A stretch of 64,000 nucleotides of DNA from Candidatus Binatia bacterium (GCA_047611725.1 JBLFWR010000001.1:70125-134124); one strand, 5' to 3'. Shown: positions 53,527 to 63,758, counted from the stretch's first letter. A program made the numbers and translations. Notes: generated by a model from the sequence alone, not told the origin.

Positions 53527-54782
53527 TATTCTTCAACCGGCTCCAACTGAGCTTCATCCAGCAGATGACCCAGCTTGCTTTTCTTGGTGCGCAAATACGC
53601 AATGTTTTCGCTGTGAGAGGGAATTTGCAGGCTGCGCCGCTCCACAACGTCGATTCCATAGCGTTCCAGGCCGGCAATTTTTTGCGGATTGTTAGTTAAG
53701 AGCCGGACTTTGGGACCGCCAAGGTCTTTGATGATCTGCGCCGTAATTCCGTAGTCGCGCAAGTCGTCCTTGAAGCCCAGTTCCAGATTCGCCTCAACTG
53801 TATCTCGCCCCTGGTCTTGAAGCGCGTACGCCCTAATCTTGTTCGCCAATCCGATACCGCGACCTTCCTGGTTCATATAGACGACAACGCCACGCCCCTC
53901 TCGTGAAATGAGGTCGATTGCACGAACAAGTTGCTCTCCACAATCGCAGCGGGTGGAGCCGAAAACGTCTCCCGTCAAACATTGGGAATGAACCCGGACC
54001 ATGACGGGTTCGTCTCCGCCCAAGTCTCCAGCGACCAACGCGATGTGTTCGTCGCGGTCGAAATCATTGCGGTACACGACCGCTCTGAACTGACCACCGT
54101 AAGCGCTCTCAATATTACGCTCAGCAACGCGCTCCACTACGATTTCGCTTCGAAGACGATGAGCGACCAGCTCTCCGACAGTCACCAACGGAAGCCCGAG
54201 ACGATCACTCATCTCGCGGACCAAAGGTTCTCGCGCAACTTCACCATCGTCATCCAGAACCGCGCAAAGTGTTGCTGCAGGTTCCTCGTTTGCCATCCGG
54301 CACAGATCCAGCGCGGCCTCAGGAATTCCGGGTGTTAGCAGCACCCCACCGCGACGAACTTGAATCGGGAAAACATGCCCGGGCATTACGATATCGGCTG
54401 GTACCGCGGTTGGGTTGGCTGCAACCTGGATAGTCACGGCCCGATCCGCTGCGGAAATTCCGGTGGTCACGCCACGAGCCGCTTCGATGGAAGCTCCAAA
54501 CGCCAGCCGTCGGGCCAAAGGGCTGTCAGGCGCCATCATTGGGATTTCCAAGCGGCGCATCTGGGCCTCGGTTAGCGCGATCGAAACCAGCCCGCGGCCA
54601 TGGGAAGCCATGAAGTTAACGTCGTCGGACGTCGTTCGGCGGGCACTCATGCATAGATAGCTGCCGCCGGCGCCGCTGTCCTCATCGACCACCAGAATCA
54701 TGCGGCCGGCGCGCAAGGCGCCCATCGCAGCCGCTAACGGACTGCCCTCTTGTACTATTGTGTTTTGTTGTCGCTGGTTCAC
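53526..54782 (-). CDS. ribBA: RibBA fusion: degenerate DHBP synthase domain plus intact GTP cyclohydrolase II
   Basis: RVHSQCLTGDVFGSTRCDC, QEGRGIGL, LLTNNP; the N-domain keeps TTGISAADR and PGHVFP. Confidence 0.92.
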   Translation of the reverse strand: MNQRQQNTIVQEGSPLAAAMGALRAGRMILVVDEDSGAGGSYLCMSARRTTSDDVNFMASHGRGLVSIALTEAQMRRLEIPMMAPDSPLARRLAFGASIEAARGVTTGISAADRAVTIQVAANPTAVPADIVMPGHVFPIQVRRGGVLLTPGIPEAALDLCRMANEEPAATLCAVLDDDGEVAREPLVREMSDRLGLPLVTVGELVAHRLRSEIVVERVAERNIESAYGGQFRAVVYRNDFDRDEHIALVAGDLGGDEPVMVRVHSQCLTGDVFGSTRCDCGEQLVRAIDLISREGRGVVVYMNQEGRGIGLANKIRAYALQDQGRDTVEANLELGFKDDLRDYGITAQIIKDLGGPKVRLLTNNPQKIAGLERYGIDVVERRSLQIPSHSENIAYLRTKKSKLGHLLDEAQLEPVEE

Positions 54783-55876
54783 AAAAAATCTCCGCTCCAG
54801 ACGACGTCACCGTCGCTGTCCGTCACCGAGACGGTTTGTAGACGAGGCCCATCGCTCGGGTCGACGATGCCGAAGGATTCGAGCATGGGCACCCCGTCGC
54901 CGCCAATGAGTCGAGGATTGTAGAACACCGTTAATCGGTCTACGGCTGCGGCCTGAACCGCAGAGGCCGCGACACCCGCCCCACCTTCGATGAGCAGCTC
55001 ATCGATGTCTCTGCGAGCTAGGTCTTCAAGCAGGCGTCCCCAACCCCGAGCACCGCTCACATCCATACGCAACACCTGTGCGCCCGCACGCTGCAAGCGT
55101 AGCTCTCGAGTCCGCGGCGCAGTCGGTGTCCCTACGATCAAGGAAGAACCCGGACCCGCCACGACGTGGGAGTCGGGGGGAGTTCGCAACGAACGATCAA
55201 GCACAATCCGCAAAGGATTCGCCGCCCCCCGCACACGCGCGGTAAGCCTCGGATTGTCGGCCAATACGGTACCGATCCCGACCAGAATCCCTTCGCTGCG
55301 CGCGCGGAACCCGTGAACGATACGTCGCGAGCGAGCCGAGGAGATCCACTGGGACGAGCCCGTACTGGTAGCGATGCGGCCATCCAGCGACGCGGCAAGT
55401 TTTAGATGCACCCAGGGCCGGTTCGTTCGTGTTCGGTGGGCGTACCCACGCACAAGCTCAGCGCAAGCCCCTTTCAAGCACCCGGTTTCGACGCGAATTC
55501 CCGCCCGTCGCAATCGGCGCAGGCCACGACCACGAACCAACGGATTGGGATCTGTGCAACCCACCACCACACGGGCCACACCCGCGTCAATGAGAGCGTT
55601 CGCACACGGCGGCGTGCGACCGAAGTGGCTACAAGGTTCAAGGGTGACGTAGGCGGTGGCTCCCCGCACAGTCGTCCCGGCGGCCAACGCAGCCGCTTCC
55701 GCATGGGGTTGGCCCGCGCGGCGATGCCAGCCACGGCAAAGCTCTCGCCCGCGACGAACCAAAACACAGCCCACGGCCGGGTTCGGTGCGGTATGCCCAA
55801 GCCCAAGGGCTCCGACCTTGATCGCTTCGGACATCCAACGCTCGTCGGTAGATGAGAACTTAGCAGCGCGGGTCAC
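54779..55876 (-). CDS. ribD: riboflavin biosynthesis deaminase/reductase
   Basis: PNPAVG, HAE, TLEPCSH.GRTPPC, SLDG, IEGG. Confidence 0.95.
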   Translation of the reverse strand: MTRAAKFSSTDERWMSEAIKVGALGLGHTAPNPAVGCVLVRRGRELCRGWHRRAGQPHAEAAALAAGTTVRGATAYVTLEPCSHFGRTPPCANALIDAGVARVVVGCTDPNPLVRGRGLRRLRRAGIRVETGCLKGACAELVRGYAHRTRTNRPWVHLKLAASLDGRIATSTGSSQWISSARSRRIVHGFRARSEGILVGIGTVLADNPRLTARVRGAANPLRIVLDRSLRTPPDSHVVAGPGSSLIVGTPTAPRTRELRLQRAGAQVLRMDVSGARGWGRLLEDLARRDIDELLIEGGAGVAASAVQAAAVDRLTVFYNPRLIGGDGVPMLESFGIVDPSDGPRLQTVSVTDSDGDVVWSGDFL

Positions 55877-56349
55877 GATCCAACCTTTCCGCCGCGGCGT
55901 TCACTCGCGATCTTTTCCACGGCGGCAACGAACTCATCGATATCGCGGAAAGACTTGTACACGGAAGAGAAGCGAACATAGGCGACGTCGTCCAAGTTCT
56001 TCAGGCAATCCATCACCGCTTCACCGACAGTGGAGCTGTCTACTTCGCGCGAGCCGGCTTCCTGCGCTCGCCGTTCAACCCACACGACGGCTTCCTCGAT
56101 CGCGTCTGCAGAAACAGGCCGTTTCTCACAAGCACGCCGAATGCCCGACGACAGCTTCTCGCGGTTCCACGGCTCCCGACATCCGTCCTTCTTGACGAGC
56201 ATGGGCATGACCACGTCAATGCGTTCGTAGGTTGTGAAACGACGGCCGCAGGCAAGACACTCGCGACGACGGCGCACAGAATCGCCGTCCGCGGCTTCGC
56301 GCGAATCAACGACTTTGTCATCACCATGCTGGCAAAAAGGGCATCTCAC
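55873..56349 (-). CDS. nrdR: transcriptional repressor NrdR
   Basis: CPFC, DSR, RRRRECLAC..RFTTYE, ATP cone, AYVRF. Confidence 0.96.
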   Translation of the reverse strand: MRCPFCQHGDDKVVDSREAADGDSVRRRRECLACGRRFTTYERIDVVMPMLVKKDGCREPWNREKLSSGIRRACEKRPVSADAIEEAVVWVERRAQEAGSREVDSSTVGEAVMDCLKNLDDVAYVRFSSVYKSFRDIDEFVAAVEKIASERRGGKVGS

Positions 56350-56397
56350 GAGATTTAGCCGGAAGTCTCCGGACGCCTGCCTAGTAAGGCGTGAGCC

Positions 56398-57654
56398 TTA
56401 AGCCGCCGCGTAATTGCGTTCGGGATAGATGGGGAACCGGCGGCATAGCGCACGCACTTCGGCGCCAACGGCCTCACGCTCAGCGAGGTTTTCCGGATCG
56501 CGCAGAATGCGCGCAATGTACTGTCCGACCAGCTTCATCTCGTCCACGCCCATCCCACGAGTCGTGACGGCAGGCGTGCCTAAGCGCAATCCAGACGTCA
56601 CAAACGGCGAGCGATGATCAAAGGGGACAGAGTTGCAATTGGTCGTGATGTTGGCGGCGTCACAGGCTTGTTGAGCAAGTCGGCCGGTCGTCTCGCTGCT
56701 GCGCAAGTCAACCAACATGAGGTGGTTATCGGTTCCACCAGAAATCAGTTTTTGCCCTTCCGCGATTAGGCTTGACGCCAGCGCAGCCGCGTTCTCGATA
56801 ACGCGGCGCTGGTATTGATTGAAGTCTGCACCTTGCGCTTCCTTGAACGCCACTGCCTTAGCGGCGATCACGTGCATCAAGGGCCCCCCCTGATTGCCAG
56901 GGAAGATTGAGGAGTCGATCTTCTTTGCAAATTCAGACTTGCAAAGAATAAGGCCACCGCGAGGGCCGCGAAGAGTTTTGTGAGTGGTCGTGGTCACGAA
57001 GTCACAGTGAGGCACTGGCGAAGGATGTTCGCCCGCTACGACCAACCCCGCAACGTGGGCGATGTCCGCCATTAGCAACGCGCCGACTCCCTTCGCGATT
57101 GCACCGAAGCGTTCGAAATCAATAACCCGTGGGTACGCACTGTGACCACACACGATCATTCGAGGTCGATGTTCGCGTGCGAGACGCTCAACCTCCTCGT
57201 AGTCGAGAAGATGATCATCTTCGGTGACGCCATACGGAACCACATCGAAGAAACGACCCGAGAAATTCACGGGGCTGCCATGCGTCAGGTGACCACCGTG
57301 CGAGAGATTCATCGCCAGGATTTTGTCGCCGGGATTCAGCTGCGAAAAGTACACGGCCATGTTGGCCTGAGAGCCAGAATGGGGTTGGACGTTCGCGTGC
57401 TCAGCACCGAACAGCGCCTTCACACGATCGATGGCGAGTTGCTCGATAACATCGACATGCTCGCAGCCACCGTAATAGCGACGCCCAGGGTACCCTTCAG
57501 CGTACTTGTTCGTCAGAACGGACCCAGCCGCTTCCAGCACGGCTTCGCTGACGACGTTCTCCGACGCGATCAACTCAAGGTTGAGTTCTTGGCGGCGCCC
57601 TTCAGCGACGATCGATGCGTAAACCTCAGGATCGGTGGTGGCAAGGTGGCTCAC
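56398..57654 (-). CDS. glyA: serine hydroxymethyltransferase
   Basis: [26 protein letters not shown]. Confidence 0.97.
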   Translation of the reverse strand: MSHLATTDPEVYASIVAEGRRQELNLELIASENVVSEAVLEAAGSVLTNKYAEGYPGRRYYGGCEHVDVIEQLAIDRVKALFGAEHANVQPHSGSQANMAVYFSQLNPGDKILAMNLSHGGHLTHGSPVNFSGRFFDVVPYGVTEDDHLLDYEEVERLAREHRPRMIVCGHSAYPRVIDFERFGAIAKGVGALLMADIAHVAGLVVAGEHPSPVPHCDFVTTTTHKTLRGPRGGLILCKSEFAKKIDSSIFPGNQGGPLMHVIAAKAVAFKEAQGADFNQYQRRVIENAAALASSLIAEGQKLISGGTDNHLMLVDLRSSETTGRLAQQACDAANITTNCNSVPFDHRSPFVTSGLRLGTPAVTTRGMGVDEMKLVGQYIARILRDPENLAEREAVGAEVRALCRRFPIYPERNYAAA

Positions 57655-58136
57655 GGCTCAATGCTCTCCTCGGGTGACTGATCACCCGTTTCCATGGCGC
57701 GGACCTTGTCAACGCGGCGCTCGTGACGCCCGCCAGCAAAATCAGTAGACATCCAGACTTCGACGATTTGGGTCAGGAGGCGTTCGCCCAACATACCCGC
57801 ACCTAGACACAGGACGTTCGCGTCGTTGTGCTCCCGAGACAAGGCGGCGCCGGTTACATCGTGAACCAACGCTGCGCGTACGCCCCTCACCTTGTTCGCG
57901 GCGATCGACATACCAATACCGCTGCCGCACAGCAGCACACCTGCATCAGCACGTCCGTCGGCAACCCGCCGACCAACTGCGAGGGCGTAGTCGGGGTAGT
58001 CCACTGACGCATCGCCGTGGGCACCTACGTCTTCAACCGTGGCGCCTAGCGCCGTTAACACGTTGATCACAAGTTGCTTGCCAGCAACCGCTGCGTGATC
58101 ACAGCCAACGACTATTCTGCGGGGAGAAATAGTGAT
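57651..58136 (-). CDS. rpiB: ribose-5-phosphate isomerase B (start probably non-canonical ATC 58136 or ATT 58130)
   Basis: CGSGIG, ANKV.GVRA, HNDAN, GGRH; the conserved RIVVGCDH lies in frame upstream of the first GTG (58070). Confidence 0.9.
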   Translation of the reverse strand: MTISPRRIVVGCDHAAVAGKQLVINVLTALGATVEDVGAHGDASVDYPDYALAVGRRVADGRADAGVLLCGSGIGMSIAANKVRGVRAALVHDVTGAALSREHNDANVLCLGAGMLGERLLTQIVEVWMSTDFAGGRHERRVDKVRAMETGDQSPEESIEP

Positions 58137-58153
58137 CGGACTTCCCGGAAGGA

Positions 58154-58390
58154 CTACTGCTCGCCCTTCGCGATGAAGCTGATGATGTCTTGAACGGTGC
58201 GAATACTTTCCGCTTCCTCGTCCGAGATCTCGAGGCCGTACTCTTCTTCGAGCGCCATGATCAGCTGCACGATATCGAGCGAGTCGGCGCCGAGGTCCTC
58301 GAGGAACGAAGCATCCGCAGTAACCTGGGATTTATCCAAGGTCAGTTGATCACAAATAATTTCGATCACGCGATCAGTAACAGCAGCCAT
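58154..58390 (-). CDS. acpP: acyl carrier protein
   Basis: DLGADSLD phosphopantetheine site; strong AGGAGAGG RBS. Confidence 0.96.
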   Translation of the reverse strand: MAAVTDRVIEIICDQLTLDKSQVTADASFLEDLGADSLDIVQLIMALEEEYGLEISDEEAESIRTVQDIISFIAKGEQ

Positions 58391-58423
58391 GATTCACCTC
58401 TCCTTACGTACGCCAGTCTGGCG

Positions 58424-59167
58424 TCACATGTAGAGTCCGCCACCGACCTGTAGGGTCGTTCCGGTGACGTAACCTGCACTTTCATCACAAAAAAACAGCG
58501 CACTGTGCGCGACATCCGCGGGTTGGCCAAGCCGACCAACAGCGGTCGATTCGATCACACGGCGCCGGTCGTCTTCGCTCATTCCGGAAGTCATTTCGGT
58601 GTCGATAAAGCCCGGACTCACCGTATTGACGGTAATGCCTCGCGACCCAACCTCACGCGCCAGCGACCGACTTAACCCCTCGACTCCAGCCTTGGCTGCA
58701 GCATAAAGGCCTTGCCCAGCATTGCCCATCGAGGCCACAACCGAGCTGACGAAAACGATACGCCCGTAGCGGGCCTTGAGCATAGACGGAAGCACCGAAC
58801 GGGCACAGCTGACGGCCGAGGCCAAATTCACAGAGAGGCACGCATCGACCTGTTCGGGCTTGGATCGGAGCAAGAGCCCGTCGAACGCAACCCCGGCGCT
58901 GTGAACCAAAAGGTCCAGTTTGCCGGCGCTCTTAACAATATCGCGCACCGCGGAGTCCACCGCGGTCGGATCCGCGACATCGAACTGGACCGTATCCAGC
59001 CGATCAGCCGCAGAACTGTCGCGAATAGCAGCGAGTCCCGCGGCGTTGCGGTGGTATCCAGCGAAAACGTGGGCGCCGCCAGCCAACAGCCCTTCGACCA
59101 CCGACGTACCAATGCCGCCAGAAGCACCCGTTACCAGCGCGACGCGGCCTGCGAAACGCTCGGACAG
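58424..59167 (-). CDS. fabG: 3-oxoacyl-ACP reductase (start probably CTG 59167)
   Basis: YAAAK, SSV, PGFIDTEMT; the NADPH-binding ALVTGASGGIG lies in frame upstream of the first GTG (59101). Confidence 0.9.
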   Translation of the reverse strand: MSERFAGRVALVTGASGGIGTSVVEGLLAGGAHVFAGYHRNAAGLAAIRDSSAADRLDTVQFDVADPTAVDSAVRDIVKSAGKLDLLVHSAGVAFDGLLLRSKPEQVDACLSVNLASAVSCARSVLPSMLKARYGRIVFVSSVVASMGNAGQGLYAAAKAGVEGLSRSLAREVGSRGITVNTVSPGFIDTEMTSGMSEDDRRRVIESTAVGRLGQPADVAHSALFFCDESAGYVTGTTLQVGGGLYM

Positions 59168-59170
59168 GGT

Positions 59171-59353
59171 TCAGTCCCCGACGGTGTCGACGACCTGGCG
59201 GCCTTTGTAGTGGCCACATGAAGGACACGCGTGATGCGGACGAGTATTCGCTCCACAGTTAGCGCACGAGTTGACGTTCGTAACCGTCAAGTGGTCGTGC
59301 GAGCGACGCATGTCGCGCTTTCGGCTTGAGGTTCGTCTCTTTGGAACCGGCAT
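59171..59353 (-). CDS. rpmF: 50S ribosomal protein L32 (zinc-ribbon form)
   Basis: MPVPKRRTS, CANC...HHACPSCG.Y.GR. Confidence 0.96.
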   Translation of the reverse strand: MPVPKRRTSSRKRDMRRSHDHLTVTNVNSCANCGANTRPHHACPSCGHYKGRQVVDTVGD

Positions 59354-59374
59354 TTCAAAACTCCTTGGCGACTG

Positions 59375-59848
59375 TCACTTTGAGGGACAGCGGCATGCCT
59401 CACGGTTAAGATTAACTCCGCACCGCTGGCAAAGACCTAAACACTCGGAACTACAGGGTAGCGAGCCATCAATTGCCAGCAACGCCTGTTCCGCGACAAG
59501 TGGAGAGAGGTCAACCTCATCACCCACGTAATGATCGACTCCCTTATCGTCGCGATCCTCAAACCCCGGACCGCCCCTTGCCAGAACGAACCGGAAATCT
59601 TGATCGAGCTCGGTATCGAACTCCTCAAGGCAACGCGGACAACCGGCCAACAAATGGCCAGACAGCGATCCCGAGAAGTGGACATCGTCTCCGCTGCGGT
59701 AAACCTCAGCATCGATCGTAACGGGCCCGTCAAAACGCTGTTCGCACCATCCACGGTGGGCTTGCAAGCGCTCGTTGAGCGCTTCAGCCAATACGGCAAA
59801 CGACAGGCTTCGGGCCTCCCCGGCCAGCTCCGGGATTCGTAACTTCAC
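59375..59848 (-). CDS. yceD: DUF177/YceD protein
   Basis: CPRCL, CSSECLGLCQRCGVNLN; upstream of rpmF. Confidence 0.92.
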   Translation of the reverse strand: MKLRIPELAGEARSLSFAVLAEALNERLQAHRGWCEQRFDGPVTIDAEVYRSGDDVHFSGSLSGHLLAGCPRCLEEFDTELDQDFRFVLARGGPGFEDRDDKGVDHYVGDEVDLSPLVAEQALLAIDGSLPCSSECLGLCQRCGVNLNREACRCPSK

Positions 59849-59937
59849 TTCAATATCCAGTCGATAACAGGGCGTCCGAGAACGCCCGAATCGGTGAAGC
59901 TAGCGAAAACCGCGCCGCAACGCAACGCGACAATCCA

Positions 59938-60993
59938 TCAGGATTCCGGCTTTTCGCGGTCGTCGCTGTCATCGCTGTCGTCGCTGTCACTGGCGCCAAG
60001 CCGACGCTCCACACTCGCCAAGCGCCGGATGATCTCCGGCAAGCGGGCCAACGCGACCGCGTAGCGACGCCAGATTCGGATATCTACGGCTGGAGTCCCG
60101 CCTATCACTTGGCCGGCTTCCTGATCACCCATCACCCCTGAGCCGCCAGCGACCTGAGTGCCGTCACCCACCGTAATGTGCCCGGCAAACCCTGCCTGAC
60201 CGCCCACCATCACCCGAGCGCCCAATGTCGTGCTACCCGCGACTCCCGCTTGGGCCGCGATCATCGTACCGGCGCCAATACGACTGCCATGCGCGACCAT
60301 GACTAGATTGTCCAGCTTCACGCCATTGGCCAGACGCGTCTGGCCAATGGCAGCTCTGTCGATCGTGGTATTCGCCCCAATCTCGACCCCGTCCCCAAAC
60401 AGAACGCCGCCGATCTGCGGGATAGCTGTCGGTCGGTCGCCGGTTGGCAAAAAGCCAAACCCGTCGGCCCCAACGATCGCTCCCGGCTGTAAGACCACAT
60501 CGTCCCCTAGCTCGACGCATTCACGCACAACCGCCCCCGCGTGGGCGACAAACCGCTGCCCGATCGTCACATCGGGATAAATGACGACATGGGGATGGAT
60601 ACAGGCCCCATCCCCTATGCGGACGCGCTCCCCGATGACCGCGTAGGGCCCGATATAGGCCCCTGCCCCGACACTTGCCGTGTCAGCCATCACCGCTGTC
60701 GGGTGCACGCCTGGCGCAGGAACCGGTCGCCTGTCGAAGATTCGCAACGCCTGGACAAACGCCGCATAGGGCTCCGGCACGCGCAGAGCGTTGCGCGGCT
60801 GGCCTTTTTCATTCTCAGAGACAATCACGGCTGAAGCCCCGGTTGTCTCTATGAGGCGGCGATACTTTGGGCTGGCGACGAAACTGAGATCGCCGTCGCC
60901 AGCTTCGTCAATCGGAGCCAACCCTTGAATCTGGACCTCGGGGTCCCCTTCCAGCCGTGCGCCGAGTATTTCGGCGAGTTCTGCGAGTCGCAT
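59938..60993 (-). CDS. lpxD: UDP-3-O-acyl-glucosamine N-acyltransferase
   Basis: Hexapeptide repeats, [28 protein letters not shown]. Confidence 0.95.
   Translation of the reverse strand: MRLAELAEILGARLEGDPEVQIQGLAPIDEAGDGDLSFVASPKYRRLIETTGASAVIVSENEKGQPRNALRVPEPYAAFVQALRIFDRRPVPAPGVHPTAVMADTASVGAGAYIGPYAVIGERVRIGDGACIHPHVVIYPDVTIGQRFVAHAGAVVRECVELGDDVVLQPGAIVGADGFGFLPTGDRPTAIPQIGGVLFGDGVEIGANTTIDRAAIGQTRLANGVKLDNLVMVAHGSRIGAGTMIAAQAGVAGSTTLGARVMVGGQAGFAGHITVGDGTQVAGGSGVMGDQEAGQVIGGTPAVDIRIWRRYAVALARLPEIIRRLASVERRLGASDSDDSDDSDDREKPES
59959..59991. repeat. 9-bp tandem repeat encoding the LpxD (SDD)n tail
   Basis: GTCGTCGCT GTCATCGCT GTCGTCGCT GTCACT. Confidence 0.7.
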
Positions 60994-61137
60994 GACACGG
61001 CTTTAGCGCGCCGCCCGATCGAGGACAACGGCAGAGCCGAGGTTTTGCCTTTGAAGCCCGCAGCCGGAAGCATGCCCGGGCGCATCGCGCGCGATTCCCG
61101 CGCGTCTATAATCTCGCGCACCCAGGAGCGAAAATCC

Positions 61138-62013
61138 TTGAGCGTACTTAACCTCGGCCTCCCAAAAGGAAGCCTCGAGAAGACGACTATCGAGCTGATG
61201 CGTAAGTCCGGCTGGCGCGTCACGACCGGCTCGCGCAGCTACTTCCCCAACATTGATGACTCCGAGATCACCTGCTCTCTGGTCAGAGCCCAAGAAATGT
61301 CGCGCTATGTCGAACTCGGCTCCCTTGACTGCGGCATCACCGGAAAGGATTGGACCGCCGAGAATAAGTCCGAGGTCGAGGTCATTTGCGACCTTGTCTA
61401 CTCAAAGGCTTCGTTTCGTCCGACCCGCTGGGTGCTGGCCGTACCCGACGACTCCAAGTACTCCAAGCCCGAAGACCTCGACGGCAAGCGAGTCGCGACC
61501 GAGCTGGTCGGATTCACCGAGCGCTATTTCGCCGAACACAACGTCAAAGTTGAAGTCGCGTTTTCGTGGGGCGCAACCGAAGCCAAGGTCGCTGCCGGAC
61601 TTTGCGACGCAATCGTCGAAGTCACCGAAACCGGGAGCACACTGCGAGCCAACGGGCTGAAGATCATTGACGATTTGATGGAGTCGAATCCTCAGCTCAT
61701 CGCCAACCGCGAAGCTCTCAAAGATCCATTCAAGAAACGGAAAATCGAACAGATCGCCCTACTACTTGAAGCAGCCCTGCGAGCCGAAGCCCAAGTTGGC
61801 CTGAAGATGAACGTGCGCCGAGAAGGACTCGAGAAAGTCGTCGCGTTGCTACCGAGTTTGAACACTCCGACCGTGTCGAACCTTCACGACAGCGCGTGGG
61901 CAAGTGTCGAAAGCGTAATTTCTGAAGCGGTGGTTCGCGATTTGATTCCGAAGCTGGTGGAAGCCGGCGCCGAGGGAATCATCGAGTACCCACTAAACAA
62001 AGTCCTCCAGTAA
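61138..62013 (+). CDS. hisG: ATP phosphoribosyltransferase, long form
   Basis: [26 protein letters not shown]-terminal regulatory domain; TATAAT just upstream; start reassigned to TTG 61138. Confidence 0.95.
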   Translation: MSVLNLGLPKGSLEKTTIELMRKSGWRVTTGSRSYFPNIDDSEITCSLVRAQEMSRYVELGSLDCGITGKDWTAENKSEVEVICDLVYSKASFRPTRWVLAVPDDSKYSKPEDLDGKRVATELVGFTERYFAEHNVKVEVAFSWGATEAKVAAGLCDAIVEVTETGSTLRANGLKIIDDLMESNPQLIANREALKDPFKKRKIEQIALLLEAALRAEAQVGLKMNVRREGLEKVVALLPSLNTPTVSNLHDSAWASVESVISEAVVRDLIPKLVEAGAEGIIEYPLNKVLQ

Positions 62014-62166
62014 ACAAGGCTCTCTAGCAGCCACCCCGACTGCAAACACTCCAATTGCAAACACAGCAACAACGACACCGGCGTAAAACATAACGTCGGT
62101 GTCGTTGCCGCAACATTCAAGCGCCTGCAATCCTAAGGTCTCATGTTCCAGACCGGAGGTCCCGCT

Positions 62167-63213
62167 ATGCGTTTCACTGTTTTGCTGGCGATCGCGTTCG
62201 CCTTGGCGATTGGTCCAAGCTCGACCTCGGCCGAGGGGAATTCCACCCGCTGTCCCCGACGTCTACTAGCAACGCTTGGGCGCGTCGTGCGAGCCGACCT
62301 GCGAGTCCTGACGCGATGTTTGCCGAAGCCCGTGAGTGCCGACTCTCTGCGCGCCTGCCGTGGCCTGTTCGATCAAGACCACGGAATCGCGCGAATAGAC
62401 CGACAGGCAATGCGGGCCCTTGAGCGCGCCTGCCCAGACCTATGCAATAGCGATCAAGCGCAGTGCCCGTTGACGGCCGGACACTGTGCGGCCCTGGTGC
62501 TGTTCGAAGAACATGCAGGCTCACTGGAAGCGATGCCCGGCGTAAACCTTCTCCCGGCTCCGTTTGCGGCCTGCTTCGAGACACCCGTCTCGACAACACT
62601 ACCCACAACGACAACCCTGATAACCTCGACAACTACTCCAACAACCACGACCTCCATGCCTGCGGCACCGAGCACCACTGTTCGTGCAACCACGAGCACC
62701 ACACTGGAGCCGACCACGACCACCACGAGCTTGCCGGTCCCGTCGATCGTGATCACGGAAGTCATGCAAAACCCGGCGGCAATCGCAGACAGCACCGGCG
62801 AGTATTTCGAGATTCACAATCGCGGAAGTGCCGGGCTAGACCTGGATGGTCTGGTTGTCAGTGACGAGGGCAATGATTCTTTTGTCGTAACCGGGACACT
62901 GCTTCTCGGACCGGGCGCGTTTGCGGTATTTGGCCGCACCCACAGCGCAGCCGACGGTGTGGTCGATGTTGCCTATGGCTCGTCCATGACCCTAGCCAAC
63001 AGTAGCGACGAGATAGTTCTGCAGCTCAACGGTCAACACCTCGACACGGTTCGTTACGGGCCCGGCTTCCCGCTGCTGCCCGGACGGTCGCTGGAGCGTG
63101 TGAACGAGATTAACGACGCCGACCAACCAGCCTCTTGGTGTGCAGCCGACTCCGAGCTGGAGAACGGAGACTATGGGTCACCGGGACGCAAAACGCTGTC
63201 ATGTCTCCCATAA
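62167..63213 (+). CDS. secreted protein: Cys-rich N-domain, Thr-rich linker, lamin-tail-like domain
   Basis: GGAGGT RBS; signal peptide; ITEVMQNP, EYFEIHN, LANSSDEI, GSPG. Confidence 0.82.
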   Translation: MRFTVLLAIAFALAIGPSSTSAEGNSTRCPRRLLATLGRVVRADLRVLTRCLPKPVSADSLRACRGLFDQDHGIARIDRQAMRALERACPDLCNSDQAQCPLTAGHCAALVLFEEHAGSLEAMPGVNLLPAPFAACFETPVSTTLPTTTTLITSTTTPTTTTSMPAAPSTTVRATTSTTLEPTTTTTSLPVPSIVITEVMQNPAAIADSTGEYFEIHNRGSAGLDLDGLVVSDEGNDSFVVTGTLLLGPGAFAVFGRTHSAADGVVDVAYGSSMTLANSSDEIVLQLNGQHLDTVRYGPGFPLLPGRSLERVNEINDADQPASWCAADSELENGDYGSPGRKTLSCLP

Positions 63214-63252
63214 AAAAACCCCGCATCCTCAAAAAGGAATGCGGGGTTTCTT
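63212..63252. terminator. bidirectional intrinsic terminator
   Basis: AAACCCCGCAT...ATGCGGGGTTT between convergent genes. Confidence 0.75.
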
Positions 63253-63272
63253 AAACAAATCTCAAGATCGGC

Positions 63273-63758
63273 TTAGCCGTTGGCGGCCTCGGCCTCTTCG
63301 GATTCTCCGTGACCAAACGCTTCGAGGAATCGCGGTTTCTCTGCACCGGTCATGATGTACACACCTTCCCAACCACAAACTTCTTCGCACAGCTTACAAC
63401 CCACGCATTTCTTCTCGTCGACCTCGACCAGCCCAAGAAACTCAGGACCGCTGTTCGTCGGTGAAGGATAGAGCGCATCGAAAGGACAAACGTCAACACA
63501 GACGCCGCAACCGTTACAATTGTCGGGATGAACCACGGCGATCGGGCGCTTGGCCTTCTTTAGAACCGCAGTCAGGTTCCCCCATGTATCCAAAATCGCG
63601 TCGTCTGGGCAGATCACCCCACACGCACCGCAATCGATGCAATAGGTAGCCTCAATTATGAAGGCTTCGTTCTTTAGGCCGCTGATCGCTTGGGTCGGGC
63701 AGCGCTGCTCACACGCAGTGCAGCCCGTACAATTCTCGGCGATGATCTTGAAGGGCAC
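63273..63758 (-). CDS. polyferredoxin with four [4Fe-4S] motifs
   Basis: Four CxxCxxCxxxC motifs; GAGGAG RBS before GTG 63758. Confidence 0.9.
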   Translation of the reverse strand: MPFKIIAENCTGCTACEQRCPTQAISGLKNEAFIIEATYCIDCGACGVICPDDAILDTWGNLTAVLKKAKRPIAVVHPDNCNGCGVCVDVCPFDALYPSPTNSGPEFLGLVEVDEKKCVGCKLCEEVCGWEGVYIMTGAEKPRFLEAFGHGESEEAEAANG

